From Candidatus Marinacidobacterales bacterium (lineage in GTDB: Bacteria; Acidobacteriota; Vicinamibacteria; Marinacidobacterales; DATDRI01): a stretch of 64,000 bases of DNA. A program made the translations under genes and the position numbers. The notes beneath the pieces are model-generated. The model saw only the letters and a list, made by a program, of their open reading frames with translations, did not search any database and had not been told where the DNA came from. This document shows positions 29,723 to 41,200 of this stretch, in pieces; the stretch's first letter is position 1; each line of letters starts with the position of its first letter. Location: positions 3,744,001 through 3,808,000 of the forward strand of contig OZ245365.1 in assembly GCA_965226495.1 (NCBI GenBank), read 5' to 3'.

Positions 29723-29977
29723 TCAAATGTCTTCGCCTTCATCCATCACTTCATCGTCGTCGTCGTCGTCGTCGTCGTCGAAGTCGTCCTCGTCCTTCGG
29801 CTGTTCCTCTTCGTCTTCTCCGTAGTCCTCTTCTTCTTCTTCGTCCTCATCGACGAAATCATCGTAATCCTCGTCTCCGCCATCCTCTTTCTCTTTATCG
29901 CGCACCCGGAAGAATTGAAGGAGTGGCTCAGGCAGCCCAGGACTGTCGGACTCCCAGAACGAATTTTGGAATTGCAT
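29723..29977 (-). CDS. Small highly acidic (Asp/Glu-rich) protein, 84 aa
   Basis: GGGGGAG RBS, own near-consensus promoter and a terminator-like hairpin with T-tract downstream. About half the residues are D/E. Confidence 0.7.
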   Translation of the reverse strand: MQFQNSFWESDSPGLPEPLLQFFRVRDKEKEDGGDEDYDDFVDEDEEEEEDYGEDEEEQPKDEDDFDDDDDDDDDEVMDEGEDI

Positions 29978-30036
29978 GACGTACACTCCCCCCAAACCTT
30001 CAATAAGCAAAGACGCCACCCTTTAAGGGCGCGCGT

Positions 30037-30065
30037 ATTATAGCGACCGTACTCAGTGCCATCAA
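30037..30065 (-). promoter_or_regulatory. Sigma70 promoter of the acidic protein gene
   Basis: Minus strand reads TTGATG, 17 bp, TATAAT. Confidence 0.7.
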
Positions 30066-30123
30066 GACTCCGGAGACCTTCCCCATGATATTATCCCTCC
30101 CCGCATCCCGGGAGAGAAGAACA

Positions 30124-31464
30124 ATGAGCGCGATTCTGGTCAAGACCGACATTCCCGGCCCACGCTCGAAGACCCTCCATAACCAGAGAGAAAAGGCCGT
30201 ACCGCGCGGGCCGTTCAACGTCACGTCGGTATATATTGCCCGAGCCGAGGGGGCCTTGGTAGAAGACGTCGACGGCAATCGCCTTATCGACTTCGCGGGT
30301 GGTATCGGCGTACTCAACGTCGGCCACTGTGCCCCCGAGGTCGTGGCAGCGGTCCAAGATCAAGCCGATCGGTTCACTCATGCCTGCTTCCACGTGACTC
30401 CGTATGAAGTCTACCTCCGCCTCGCGGAACGCCTCAACGAGCTCGCTCCTATCGACGGGGAGAAGAAGACGTTTCTCACCAACAGCGGCGCCGAGGGCGT
30501 CGAGAACGCCGTCAAGATCGCCCGCGCCCATACCGGTAGGCCAGCGATCCTCTGTTTCGAAGACGGATTTCACGGCCGCACGCTGCTCGCGCTATCCCTC
30601 ACGAGCAAGATCGCTCCCTACAAGGCGGGAATGGGCCCGTTCGCACCAGAGGTCTACCGCGTTCCCTATGCCTATTGCTTCCGTTGTTCGTATAATCTCT
30701 CCTACCCATCCTGCGATATCTTTTGTGCCTCTCACTTGGAGGACGCCTTCCGGCGTTACGTCCAGCCAGAGTCGATCGCCGCCGTCGTTGTGGAACCGGT
30801 TCTCGGCGAGGGCGGCTTCGTGGTACCACCCCGCGAGTACTTTCAAGTTCTCCAGGAAGTGTGTCGCAAGCACGGCATTCTGGTGATAGCGGACGAGGTT
30901 CAGACCGGAATTGGTCGCACCGGCCGCTTTTTCGCCAGCGAGCATTTCGGTTTGCGACCAGATCTTCTCGTCTCCTCGAAGTCCCTCGCCGGCGGACTCC
31001 CCCTCGCCGCCGTGATTGGCAAGGCCGACATCATGGACGCCCCGGATGTCGGAGCCTTAGGAAGCACGTTCGGAGGAAATCCGCTTTCATGTGCCGCGGC
31101 ACTTGCCGTGCTGGACATCATGGAGAAGGGTAACCTACTCCAGCGCTCGAATGAGATCGGAGAACGCGTCTGGAGTCGCGCGAATAAGTGGAAGGAGCGA
31201 TTCAGCCTCGTTGGCGACGTACGCGCACTCGGTGCGATGGCCGGAATCGAGCTCGTCACCGACCGCGAGAGCAAGTCGCCTGCCAAGGAAGCCACACAAC
31301 GAGTAGCGCAGCTGGCCCTCGAGCGCGGCTTACTCACCATCACCGCCGGCACCTATGGAAACGTCATCAGGACGCTCATGCCACTCGTCATTCGAGACGA
31401 AGAGCTCGAAGAAGGCCTCGACGTCTTGGAAGCGGCGTTGGAACAGGTCAACGCGGAGCTCTAG
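30124..31464 (+). CDS. gabT: 4-aminobutyrate--2-oxoglutarate transaminase
   Basis: DFAGGIGVLNVGH, NSGAEGVENAVKIAR, FHGRT, EPVLGEGGF, DEVQTG and TFGGNP motifs. Confidence 0.92.
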   Translation: MSAILVKTDIPGPRSKTLHNQREKAVPRGPFNVTSVYIARAEGALVEDVDGNRLIDFAGGIGVLNVGHCAPEVVAAVQDQADRFTHACFHVTPYEVYLRLAERLNELAPIDGEKKTFLTNSGAEGVENAVKIARAHTGRPAILCFEDGFHGRTLLALSLTSKIAPYKAGMGPFAPEVYRVPYAYCFRCSYNLSYPSCDIFCASHLEDAFRRYVQPESIAAVVVEPVLGEGGFVVPPREYFQVLQEVCRKHGILVIADEVQTGIGRTGRFFASEHFGLRPDLLVSSKSLAGGLPLAAVIGKADIMDAPDVGALGSTFGGNPLSCAAALAVLDIMEKGNLLQRSNEIGERVWSRANKWKERFSLVGDVRALGAMAGIELVTDRESKSPAKEATQRVAQLALERGLLTITAGTYGNVIRTLMPLVIRDEELEEGLDVLEAALEQVNAEL

Positions 31465-31521
31465 CTCGCCCGAGGAGCGGGCGGAATGACCCAAGCAATT
31501 CTGCTTGGCTCACTGGCCTCT

Positions 31522-34426
31522 CTATTGTCGGGGGCGCGGTACGTCGGTGAGTGCCTCCATGATCGCGTCGTGGAACGCCGGGCGAACCTCCCGAATCTGC
31601 GTATTGTCACGACTCGGGTGCACGCGGTTCGTCAAGAGGACGACGATGAGCTCCTGTTCGGGATCGATCCAAAGAGAGGTTCCTGTAAAGCCAGTATGAC
31701 CGAACGAGCACGAAGAGAAGTAACGACCGGCGGAGCTTGGCCTTGGCGGAAGGGACGGCGTGTCCCAACCCAAGGCGCGACTACTACCGGGAACGAGGTC
31801 GGCCCGTCGGCTGAACCGCTCGATCGTGGACCGCTTCACGATGCGGTGCCCGTCATACACTCCGCCATTCAGGATCATTTGGGCGAAGATGGCCAGATCA
31901 CGGGCGGTGGAGAATAAACCCGCGTGGGGTGCCACTCCCCCGAGTGCAAAGGCGTTCTCGTCGTGTACCTCTCCAGTCACAATTCTTCCGCGCCAAGGGT
32001 CATCTTCGGTGGGAGCGATGCGCGGACCAAGGGACGCCGGCGGCTTGAAACGTGTATGCCTCATTCCAAGCGGCTCGAATATAGTTTCTGTCGCCATCGC
32101 GTCCAAGCTCCGACCCGATACTCGTTCGAGAATCTCACCTAATAGAATGAACCCGAGATCGGAGTAGACCGATTTGGATCGGGGTGGGTAATCGAGGGGG
32201 AGTCGAGAGATCTCCTCGACATAGCGTTTCCTCACCCGAGCCGCCGACCCTTCGCTCGATAGGGTCTTGTAATAGTCTTTCCACCAGAGGATTCCGCTCG
32301 AATGAGCGAGAAGGTCGGCGACAGTAATTACATCCTTGCCTTCGCCGGCAAGCTCGGGCAGGTAATCTCGGACGGGCGCCTCGAGTCTCAGTTCCTCTTT
32401 CTCGACGAGGACCATCGCCAGCGTTGTCGTCACAACGACTTTGGTCAATGACGCAACGTCGTAGATCGTGTCCATCGTCACGAGGGGCGCATCCTCCGAA
32501 TAGCTTTGCCGGCCGAAGGCACGTTCCATCGCGAGCTTGCCCTCCCGCGCGACCACCACGCTTCCGCCAGGGAAGGCCTTCGACTTCAACCCGTCATCTA
32601 GAACACCGGCGGCGACCCGCAGACGGACTTCGGAAAAGCCCGCGTCTTTGGGAGACTCGATTTCGCCCAACTCCATCTTTCGTTGCTCGAGTGAAATGCC
32701 GTAACCAACAGGATACTTCTCCGAGAGCCGCACGGGAAGCGTCCCCCCGATACCGATCTCACCGAAAAGGGCTTTGGCGACCGCACGCTGCGAACCCGCC
32801 GAAAAATCAAAAACCGCAACAACCGCCGAAACGCGTGGAAGCTCGACGACCGTGTACGGATCGCCCATCATCGCGGCAACGACCGTCCGTCCGCTCTGTA
32901 CCAGCTCATCGAGCGCCTCCCAAAGTTCCCACGGAATGATCGGTCGTTCATTCGCCTGGCGAGAGCTAACGAAGCTCGCAAACACCACCACATCGACATC
33001 GTTCGCCAACTGAATCATCTCCTCGATCCGTGCGGAAGCGCTCTCGGGTGTCAACGTCAAGAACAGGACATCTTCCGACCTTGCTTCGAGATCAACCTTC
33101 AACGCCGCATCCAGCGAAGGGCCACGTCGGTCCTGTTCGTAAACGTAGCTCACGACAAGGGAACGGGAAGTGTCGGCCACGGGAAGCGCATCGGCGTCAT
33201 TCTCGAGCAACGTAATCGATCGGTCGGCGATCTCCTGCACTCGTTGCTCGAAACGAGGATCGGCGACGAAACGAGGGATGTTTCGCAGATCCACGGTTCG
33301 CCGGCGCAGAAGATCGAGACGCGATTTGGCTTCCAGAATGCGCCTCACTGATTGATCGATGCGCTCCTCCGAGAGCTCGCCACGACCGACCGCTCGTATC
33401 ACCGCATCCCATGCCGTGAGCGGATCGGGCGGCACGACAAGTATGTCGCATCCCGCCTTGACCGCAGCGACCGCCACCGCGCCCCCCCACGATCCATCGC
33501 GCGCCCCTCCCATGTCGAGGGCATCGCTCACGATCAAACCCCTGAACTGCATCTCCTCGCGCAGCAACCCTTGCAGGATCTCGGGAGAAAAAGTTGCGGG
33601 GCGATCTCTGCGTCCGTCGAGAGACGGCACCGCCATATGCGCTGCCATTACCGCGGCAACGTCCGCTCCGATGGCGGCACGGAAGGGCGCGAGCTCTACC
33701 TCCTCGAGTCGAGCACGCTCCAAATGAAGTACGGGGAGAGATCGGTGCGAGTCGACGGCGGTCGCCCCGTGCCCCGGAAAATGCTTGGCGGTCGCAAGGA
33801 GCCCTTTTTCCTGGGCCCGGGAAACGAACGCCGCTCCCAGACGACTCACTCCTTCCGGGGCCTCGCCATAGGAACGCGTGTTAATAACCGAATTCGCCGG
33901 GTTCACGTTGAGGTCTAGTACCGGCGCGAAGATCAGGTGAATACCGATCGCACGCGCCTCGCGAGCAGTCACTTCCGCCTGAAAGCGAACGTCGTCTTCA
34001 TTCCCGCTCGCGCCGATCGCCATGGCGCTCGGGAACCGGGTGGCGCCTCGAACTCGAAAGGCGGTGCCCCACTCGTAATCCGAAGCCATCAACAATGGCA
34101 CCGGCGCAGCCGTCTGCAAGCGATTCGCGATGACGGCAATGGCTAAGGGATCGCCTTGAAAGAAAACCACTCCGCCGATCCGACCCGCTGCGGCGGCCTG
34201 TTCCAAAGCTTGTAGCTCCGGAGCGTTCTGGTGCACAAAGAAACCCTCTGACCGAGCCAGGATCATCTGACCGACTTTCTCGCCGAGGGTTAGAGAGGCC
34301 AGCGTCTCGCTCGCCCACCGGTCTCGCATGTCTGGCGGCAGTGGAGCCGTCGACCGCACACACGACGTGAGGACCAGCGCCAAACCGATGGTGAACAAGA
34401 GTCTAGGGCTCGTGGGGGGGGGCCAT
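31522..34426 (-). CDS. GH3 beta-N-acetylglucosaminidase fused to a beta-lactamase-like serine hydrolase (lipoprotein); probable frameshift in a C9 run near the start
   Basis: KHFPGHG...DSH, SDALDM, SLTK, YSD, GEVHD.NA and GHTGFTG motifs; lipobox LTSC. The ATG at 34426 comes into frame if the run is C8. Confidence 0.88.
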
Positions 34427-34519
34427 CAGCGCATCATTCTACTACCTACTACTCGTCTTTATTTGCGAGCCGAGCTCTGCTTTTCGGCGTCCAGCCGGCT
34501 CCAAGGTATACTGCCGGTC

Positions 34520-35125
34520 ATGAAAAAGATCGCTCTTGTACTAGGGCTGTTCATTTCCGCAGCCACGGTAGCTCAAGGCCACACTCGTCAGGAAACGACG
34601 CAGAGTGCCAAAGCCACCTTCGCGGGAGGCTGCTTCTGGTGCATGGAAGAAGCCTTGGAGAAGGTCGATGGCGTCGCGTCCGTCGTCTCCGGCTACGCGG
34701 GAGGCACGGAGGCGAACCCGACCTACAAGGAAGTCTCGTCCGGCAGGACCGGTCACACCGAAGCCGTCGAGGTCGTCTACGATCCGGGAAGCGTGAGCTA
34801 CGGCGAATTGCTGGAGGTGTTCTGGCGCAACATCGATCCCACCGATGGAAGCGGCCAGTTCTGCGACAAGGGCCCCCAGTATCGCTCCGCCATCTTCTAC
34901 CACGACGAGGAGCAGAAAGGACTCATCGAGGAATCGCTGCAATCGCTGGAGGATACGAAACCGTTCGACGAGCCGATCGTCACTGAAATCGTGCCGGCCT
35001 CGATGTTCTACCAAGCCGAGGACTATCACCAGGATTACTACGAGCGGAATCCTATCCGCTACCGGTACTACAAGTACGGCTGCGGCCGGACCCAGCGATT
35101 GAAGGCTCTTTGGGGGCCTAAATAA
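34520..35125 (+). CDS. msrA: Exported peptide-methionine (S)-S-oxide reductase
   Basis: FAGGCFWC, SGYAGG, TGHTEAV, GQFCD and AEDYHQDY motifs; signal peptide. Confidence 0.95.
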   Translation: MKKIALVLGLFISAATVAQGHTRQETTQSAKATFAGGCFWCMEEALEKVDGVASVVSGYAGGTEANPTYKEVSSGRTGHTEAVEVVYDPGSVSYGELLEVFWRNIDPTDGSGQFCDKGPQYRSAIFYHDEEQKGLIEESLQSLEDTKPFDEPIVTEIVPASMFYQAEDYHQDYYERNPIRYRYYKYGCGRTQRLKALWGPK

Positions 35126-35287
35126 TACCTAAGTAATAGAAGAGTAATAGCTGAGCAATAGAACAAGAATAAAGAAGACGAGCGGACGCCCCTCTTCCGA
35201 ACTAACCGCCGACCTCCTCGCCCCGGTTCCCTCCGACTGCATACAATAGGTCTGTTTCCGGGAATACCCTTATCCCAAACACCTAGA

Positions 35288-38203
35288 ATGTCGAGAAGCC
35301 GCGAACCAGAGCAACCCCAGGAAAAGCCCAGGCTCGTTCTCTGTGCCGGTTGGCGGGGCGTTCAAAAACACCTCCTGGAATCGCTCGACGCCAAAGATTC
35401 CGTCAGTGCTCTCTCGATACGGGAGATCGTGATCGTGGTCCCCACGGCAGCGGCCGGTCACCTTCTTCGAAATACGCTCGAGCAGCAGCTCCTAGATCAG
35501 CGGGTGGCGACCTTTCTGCCAACCATCACGTCGATGAGTGCGCTCACGAGGAACCTCGTGGAACGTTCCCTGGGGCGCGTTCGCCTGGTCGATCCGCTCT
35601 TGCGCGAGGCGCTCTTGGAGCAGGCGCTATCGGAAGCCGCTCAATCAGGGACACCGCCACCCTTCACATCAGGCGAAGCCCTGTCCCCCCGCATTCTGGC
35701 GTTTTACGACGAGCTCTGGTCGGCCGGGCATCACCTCGAAGATTTTGTATCCCGTGCCGAGGAGGAGTTTGATGTCCCGGAGGATGTCGGTGCCAAACGC
35801 ATGGCTGAGCAAACCCGCTTTCTCGGTGAAGGCCTGAAACGCTACCAGGAAAAGCTTTCCGCACTTGGACTAGAGGATGGGACGACGGTGTTCGCGGCCC
35901 TTCTGGAGCGCGGCGCGCCGTTTCCTTATCGGAGAGCCTTCCTCATGGGCCCGGACGCGATTACGGCCAGAGAACTTTCCTTCTTAGGCTCCCTCGCCGG
36001 TCTAGATTCGCTCGAACATCTGGTTTCCGAAAGTATGGCGCGCGCTCACACTGTCCAAAGCCTCCATGGTTCGGCCGCAGTCCCATCGATCGACGCGCCC
36101 GCCGGCACCGCCTCCCCCACGTTGCTGAGACCCGAAGGAGAGAACGCGATCGCTTTCGTCGGAAGAGATCGGGAAGAGGTGCTTGTTGAAGTAGCCCGTC
36201 TTCTCAAGGCGCGAGCAGCAACCGGAAGTCTTCCCGCCTTGGAGCGCATCGCCGTCGTCGTACCCTCCCCACTCCCTTACCTTTACCTTGCCAAGAAAGC
36301 ACTCGGTCAAGCGGGCATTCCCTATCAATTGCAGGACGACTTTCCACTGGCCACCGAACCTTACCTGGCTGCCTCCGATTTGGTGCTGTCCTATGTTGAG
36401 CTCGACGGTAGCCGGAGCGCCGCGCTCGCTTTGCTACGCAGCCCTTTCTTTCGTTTTCCCGATGTGGGTTCGGCTGCGGTCGCCACTTTGGATCGCGAGC
36501 TTACCAAAGCGCGAGAAGTAGGAGGGTGGAAGGTCTGGCGTCGTATGCTGGCCGCCCTGAAACGACTTCCCGTGCAGCCCCCCCTACCCGGAATGGAAGA
36601 GCAAGAGCACACAGAGCTCGCCGCTATTTCCGCCTTGGTGCAAGCGGCCGAGCACTTGGCTCCGCTGGCCGATTCCGGTACCCCTCTCAGCGAAAAGGTC
36701 GAATCGTTTCGGAGTTTCCTAACAAAATACGGACGCCCCCCACATGAGGAAGACACGGTCGGTGAGCCGACGCGTCACGGGCGGGCACGGGGAGCGTTGC
36801 TTTCCATCCTGGAACGACTATCGGATGCGGCCAGGAAAGTGGGAGACCCCCCCATAGCGTTCCAAGCCTTCCAGGACAAGCTTCACCGCGCCATCGAGTC
36901 TCATACGTTCTCGACTCGAGCTGGCCGCGGTGGAATCCAGATCGTCGACGCCCGTTCGGTCGGCCTCGGCGCCTTCGAGATGGTCGTGCTGGTCGGGCTC
37001 AACGAAGGCGAGTGGCCGGCTCGCTCCGATCGAAACATCTTTTACCCCCAGTGGCTACTCAAAGACTTCGGCTGGCCCAACGACACCGAGCTACTCGCCG
37101 CCGAGCGGGCATCATTCACCGAGCTGCTTCACTTGTCTTCGGGCTCGGTGGCGGTGTTCCGACACGAGCTGGAGGAAGAAATCCCCACGGTGGCTTCGCC
37201 CTTTCTCGAAGAGGTCTCCCAAACGATCACCGGGAGACAAGAGCGTGTACCCGCGGAGGCGCTCCAGGGACTCGTCATCTCACGTGTCGAGGCCTTGCGC
37301 ACCGGTCTGGCTCCGATTGACGAACGATACGTGAACGATCGGAGACCCAACACCAGAGAGCTTCCATTCCTGGAGCCAAAAACGGTCTCCGCAACGGCCT
37401 TCGAGCTCTACCTGAGGTGTCCCTTCAAATATTTTTCGCGACACATTCTTGGTATCGAAGAAGAGGAAGACTTCGACGAAGGGATGACGCCGATGCAGCG
37501 AGGCATTCTCATGCATGACATTCTGAGAAAGGGCTTCGAGCAGTGGGACGGCGTCGATGACCAGCCGCATCCGATCACCGAGGACAACTACCACGAGGCG
37601 ATGGCCTTGTTTCGGCGGGTGGCAGCCAAGCGGCTTCCTCCGGAGCGACGTTCCTTGGAGATGGAGCGGCTCTTCGGCGGTCCAGGCCAGACCGGCGAGA
37701 TCGAATGGTTGCTCCGTCAAGAGATGGAAAAGGAACCGCTTCGCCGTCGCCTAGTGGAGTACGGCTTCCAGAACCACTTTCAATTCCCCGAAGGTCCCCA
37801 TCAAGAAAAACCCTGGTTCGTTCGGATCAAAGGGCGGGCCGATCGCGTCGACATCGACTCGCGAGGCTCGCTCCATGTCCTCGACTACAAGAGCGGAAGA
37901 GCACCCGAGGCAAGGTTATCCCTGCAAGTGCCGCTCTACGCCATGTGTCTCGAACAGCAACTTGGGGCTCGAGCCGTTGGAGCATCGTACCTGAGCCTTC
38001 GCGAACGGAAGGCCGTTCCCCGTCAGGATTTCCAGAAAGCAGCGACCCTGCTCAAGGACACCTACCGGAATGTCTCCGACGGACGCTTCGCTCCTCACCC
38101 TTCGCAAGACTTTCTCTGCAACACTTGCGGCTACGTGGGAGTTTGCCGAAAGGAAATCGAAGAGAGCTCCGGGCGAGAACCGGAGCCCGAGGCCGGGTCA
38201 TGA
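35288..38203 (+). CDS. addB: AddB-like inactive helicase / PD-(D/E)xK nuclease with Fe-S staple
   Basis: SAT...YLRCPFKYF, GRADRVD, LDYKSG, LQVPLY and CNTCGYVGVC motifs. ATGA-coupled to the AddA-like gene. Confidence 0.8.
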   Translation: MSRSREPEQPQEKPRLVLCAGWRGVQKHLLESLDAKDSVSALSIREIVIVVPTAAAGHLLRNTLEQQLLDQRVATFLPTITSMSALTRNLVERSLGRVRLVDPLLREALLEQALSEAAQSGTPPPFTSGEALSPRILAFYDELWSAGHHLEDFVSRAEEEFDVPEDVGAKRMAEQTRFLGEGLKRYQEKLSALGLEDGTTVFAALLERGAPFPYRRAFLMGPDAITARELSFLGSLAGLDSLEHLVSESMARAHTVQSLHGSAAVPSIDAPAGTASPTLLRPEGENAIAFVGRDREEVLVEVARLLKARAATGSLPALERIAVVVPSPLPYLYLAKKALGQAGIPYQLQDDFPLATEPYLAASDLVLSYVELDGSRSAALALLRSPFFRFPDVGSAAVATLDRELTKAREVGGWKVWRRMLAALKRLPVQPPLPGMEEQEHTELAAISALVQAAEHLAPLADSGTPLSEKVESFRSFLTKYGRPPHEEDTVGEPTRHGRARGALLSILERLSDAARKVGDPPIAFQAFQDKLHRAIESHTFSTRAGRGGIQIVDARSVGLGAFEMVVLVGLNEGEWPARSDRNIFYPQWLLKDFGWPNDTELLAAERASFTELLHLSSGSVAVFRHELEEEIPTVASPFLEEVSQTITGRQERVPAEALQGLVISRVEALRTGLAPIDERYVNDRRPNTRELPFLEPKTVSATAFELYLRCPFKYFSRHILGIEEEEDFDEGMTPMQRGILMHDILRKGFEQWDGVDDQPHPITEDNYHEAMALFRRVAAKRLPPERRSLEMERLFGGPGQTGEIEWLLRQEMEKEPLRRRLVEYGFQNHFQFPEGPHQEKPWFVRIKGRADRVDIDSRGSLHVLDYKSGRAPEARLSLQVPLYAMCLEQQLGARAVGASYLSLRERKAVPRQDFQKAATLLKDTYRNVSDGRFAPHPSQDFLCNTCGYVGVCRKEIEESSGREPEPEAGS

Positions 38204-41200
38204 ATCGAGATTTCCTGCCCGAAGACCGTTTGGCTCGCGAGCAGGCCGCCGATCCCCGCTTCAACGTAGCGCTCGAGGCCTCAGCTGGTACCGGCAAAAC
38301 CAGCGTCTTGGTCGACCGCTATGTCCGCCTCATCGAGGAAGGTGCTTCGCCACGTCACATTTTGGCGATTACGTTTACCCGGAAGGCTACCGGTGAAATG
38401 AAGAGCCGCATCATCGAGGAGCTTCGTCGCCGAGGCCAGCTGTGGTCAGCGGTGCGGGAAAGACTCTTCGATATCCACATTGCCACTATCGATGCCTTCT
38501 GTCTCGGCCTTCTCAAAGAATTCCCCCTCGAGGCCGGGCTCAACCCAGACATCGAGCTGCTGGACGAAGTCGACACGCAGCGTCTCACCGAGATAGCGGT
38601 CGAAGAGTCGTTGGCAGAGACAGCATCGCCCGATGGGCCGGACATGGGTTTCTTAACGTCGGTCTTCGGAGAGCCGGCCCTTCGTCGTAGTCTGCGTGAC
38701 CTCCTACGAAGCCGCCTGGTCAAAGAAGAAGCCCTCCGTCGCTTCGTGGATCGCCACGTCCCCCGCGAGCTCGACCTCGAATCCTCTCTTCGGCGCATGG
38801 TCGAAGGCCTGAGCGATATTTTGGGCGGCAGAGAAGGCGTGGAGCGGCTCTTGTCCTCGGGGCCCGATCCGTCACCACGCTCCCGCGCGCTGGGGTTCGC
38901 CTTCCGGCGAGCGATCGATCCCGAGCGGGCGACACCCCTCGACGTCGAGCAAGTAGTGTCCCATTTCCTGACACAAGAAGAACGCCTCCCTCGCAAGAAA
39001 CTCGCAAACTTTTTTGGCGCGCGAGATTTTGCCGACCGCGCCACCTACGAGAACCATCGAAACCAAGTGCTCGCTCTTGCCCCGGCCGTATCCGAGGCCT
39101 ACGCGCGCTGGTTCGGCGACCGGGACCTCTACGGTGTCCGGGAGCTCTGGAGGCTTTTTCGCGTAGCTTCCAGGCGATTCCAAACCTTGAAGGAATCCCG
39201 GCGGGGACTAGACTTCACCGACGTGCTGGTACGCGCAGTGAAGCTTCTCGAGCGGCGCGAGGAGTTTTCTCAAAGCCGCTTCCGCTTGGAGTCCCGATAC
39301 CATCATCTTCTTATCGACGAGTTTCAAGACACTAACGACGTTCAGTGGCGATTGCTGCGAGCGCTCATCGATTCTTGGGGGGAGGGCTCGGGTCTCGTGC
39401 AGGATGCGATTTTGGCAGAGCAATCGGCAGGAAGGGGCAGCGGCGTGCTGCAAGAACCTTCCATCTTTGTCGTCGGGGACCGGAAACAATCCATCTACGG
39501 TTGGCGAGACGCCCGCGTGGAGGTGATGGAAAAGGCGGCACGCCAGGTGTTGAGACTGAGGCCGAGAGGCGGTCGGCGCTTGACGATCCGCCAAAGCTTC
39601 CGTGCCAAAGGAGACCTCCTCGATTTCTTGAACGATGTCTTTTCCGGAGTTCCCCAAATAGGGCAGGAGCTCGAGTGGTCCTTTCGATACGGCGAAGCAG
39701 ACCACTTTCCGGTATTGGAAAAGGAAGAGGGCGCACAACCGGTTAGTCTCGTCGTCGAGCCCAATCTACCAAGAGCGGCGTCAGCCGTTGCCGACGAGAT
39801 CGTGCGGCTCCTCGAAGAGGAGCGCTGCCGCCCCAAGGACGTCGCGATCCTGTTTCGGAGCCGGACCCACTATCGAGTCTACGAGGAGGCTCTCGCGGAA
39901 CGAGGCGTACCGGCTTATGTCTACCGAGGCCTCGGATTCTTCGACTCATCGGAGGTTAAAGACATCCAAGCGTTGGTACGGTTTCTCTCCGAGCCGGGAT
40001 CCGAGCTTCGTGCCGCCGAGCTTCTGCGTTCTCGATTCGTCGCACTTTCGGACGGCGGCCTGGCTCGCATCGCTGCGGGACGGGGACCACGTGGAAGCGA
40101 GGGCCCGTTGGCGAAACTACTTCGGGGCGGAAGCCGGTCGACAGACTTTCCGCCCACGCTGTCCGAGGAAGACCGGGCCGCCGCTCTGCGGGCCGCCACC
40201 ACCGTCCCGAACTGGCTTCGGCGAGTGGACCGTCTACCTCCCGCGGACCTGATACTTCAAATCCTCGAAGAAACGGATTACCCGGCCTGGTTGACGGGGC
40301 GCAAGGGCCAACAGGGTTGGGAGAATCTAAAGAAGGTCCTGGAGATGGTTCGACGGGCGCAGAATCGCGGCTACTTGACGCTGGCGCGCCTCGCCGAATA
40401 CCTCGATAGTGCTTCCACCGGAGAGGAATCGCTAGCCGTCCTAGAAGCCGTGGACGCGGTTAACCTCATGACGATCCATGCCGCCAAAGGGTTGGAATTC
40501 GATACTGTCTTTGTGGTCAACATGGATCAAAAAACACGCACCGATACGTCACTGCCTCGCATCAAGGAAAAACCGAACGGAGACGCCGAGGTCCACGCCT
40601 TGGGGAGACCGGAGGCGGAAGGCCCAGCTCGAACCGTAGAGGAAGAAAAACGGCTGCTCTATGTCGCCCTGACCCGCAGTCGCAAGGGGCTCATCCTCTG
40701 TGCCTCTGACTTAGCAGACGGTGAATCACAGACAACATTCTTGCACTTGCTACCGGAGGAGCTGCGCGCCCTCTTCCACGAGGCGCTCGGGAGTGACAAG
40801 CAGGAATTGTCTTGGACGCCGAAGCTCCAAACGCACCGACTCAGACTGCTCCGCCCTGCGCCCGAGCCGCGTCGACACCGAGGCACACGAGAAGAGCCGA
40901 CCTACCGTGACGCACTCGGGCTTCTTGAAGATGCAAGACCAGAACGAGTCACAGTGAGTGAGCTGGTTCGTGAGCACGTGGGGGAAAATACGGCGCCCTG
41001 GGATCTCGAGCCGGTGGACACTACGGTCGGGAAATTGGTTCACCGCATGTTCGAGTTCGATGTGGACGATGGCGCGTCCCTAACCGATGTCGCGGTGGCG
41101 CTTTCAGCAGAGCTCTTCGATCGAGGTCCTAGCGAACGGGAACGGACGGCGCACGCCGCGGCAAAGCTCTACCAAGCCCTGCGAGCAAGCACTCCGTTAC

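Noticed and set aside
37705-38199. N-terminal extension of AddA in the ORF track (similar extensions at 17655, 27696, 34328, 52687 and 58593)
   Set aside because: The extensions overlap upstream genes or are non-homologous. Better starts with an RBS or stop/start coupling lie downstream.
35288-38203. Cas4-like nuclease or defence system
   Set aside because: The four-Cys PD-(D/E)xK domain is the C-terminus of a 971-aa AddB-like protein coupled to an AddA-like helicase, which is ordinary recombination repair.
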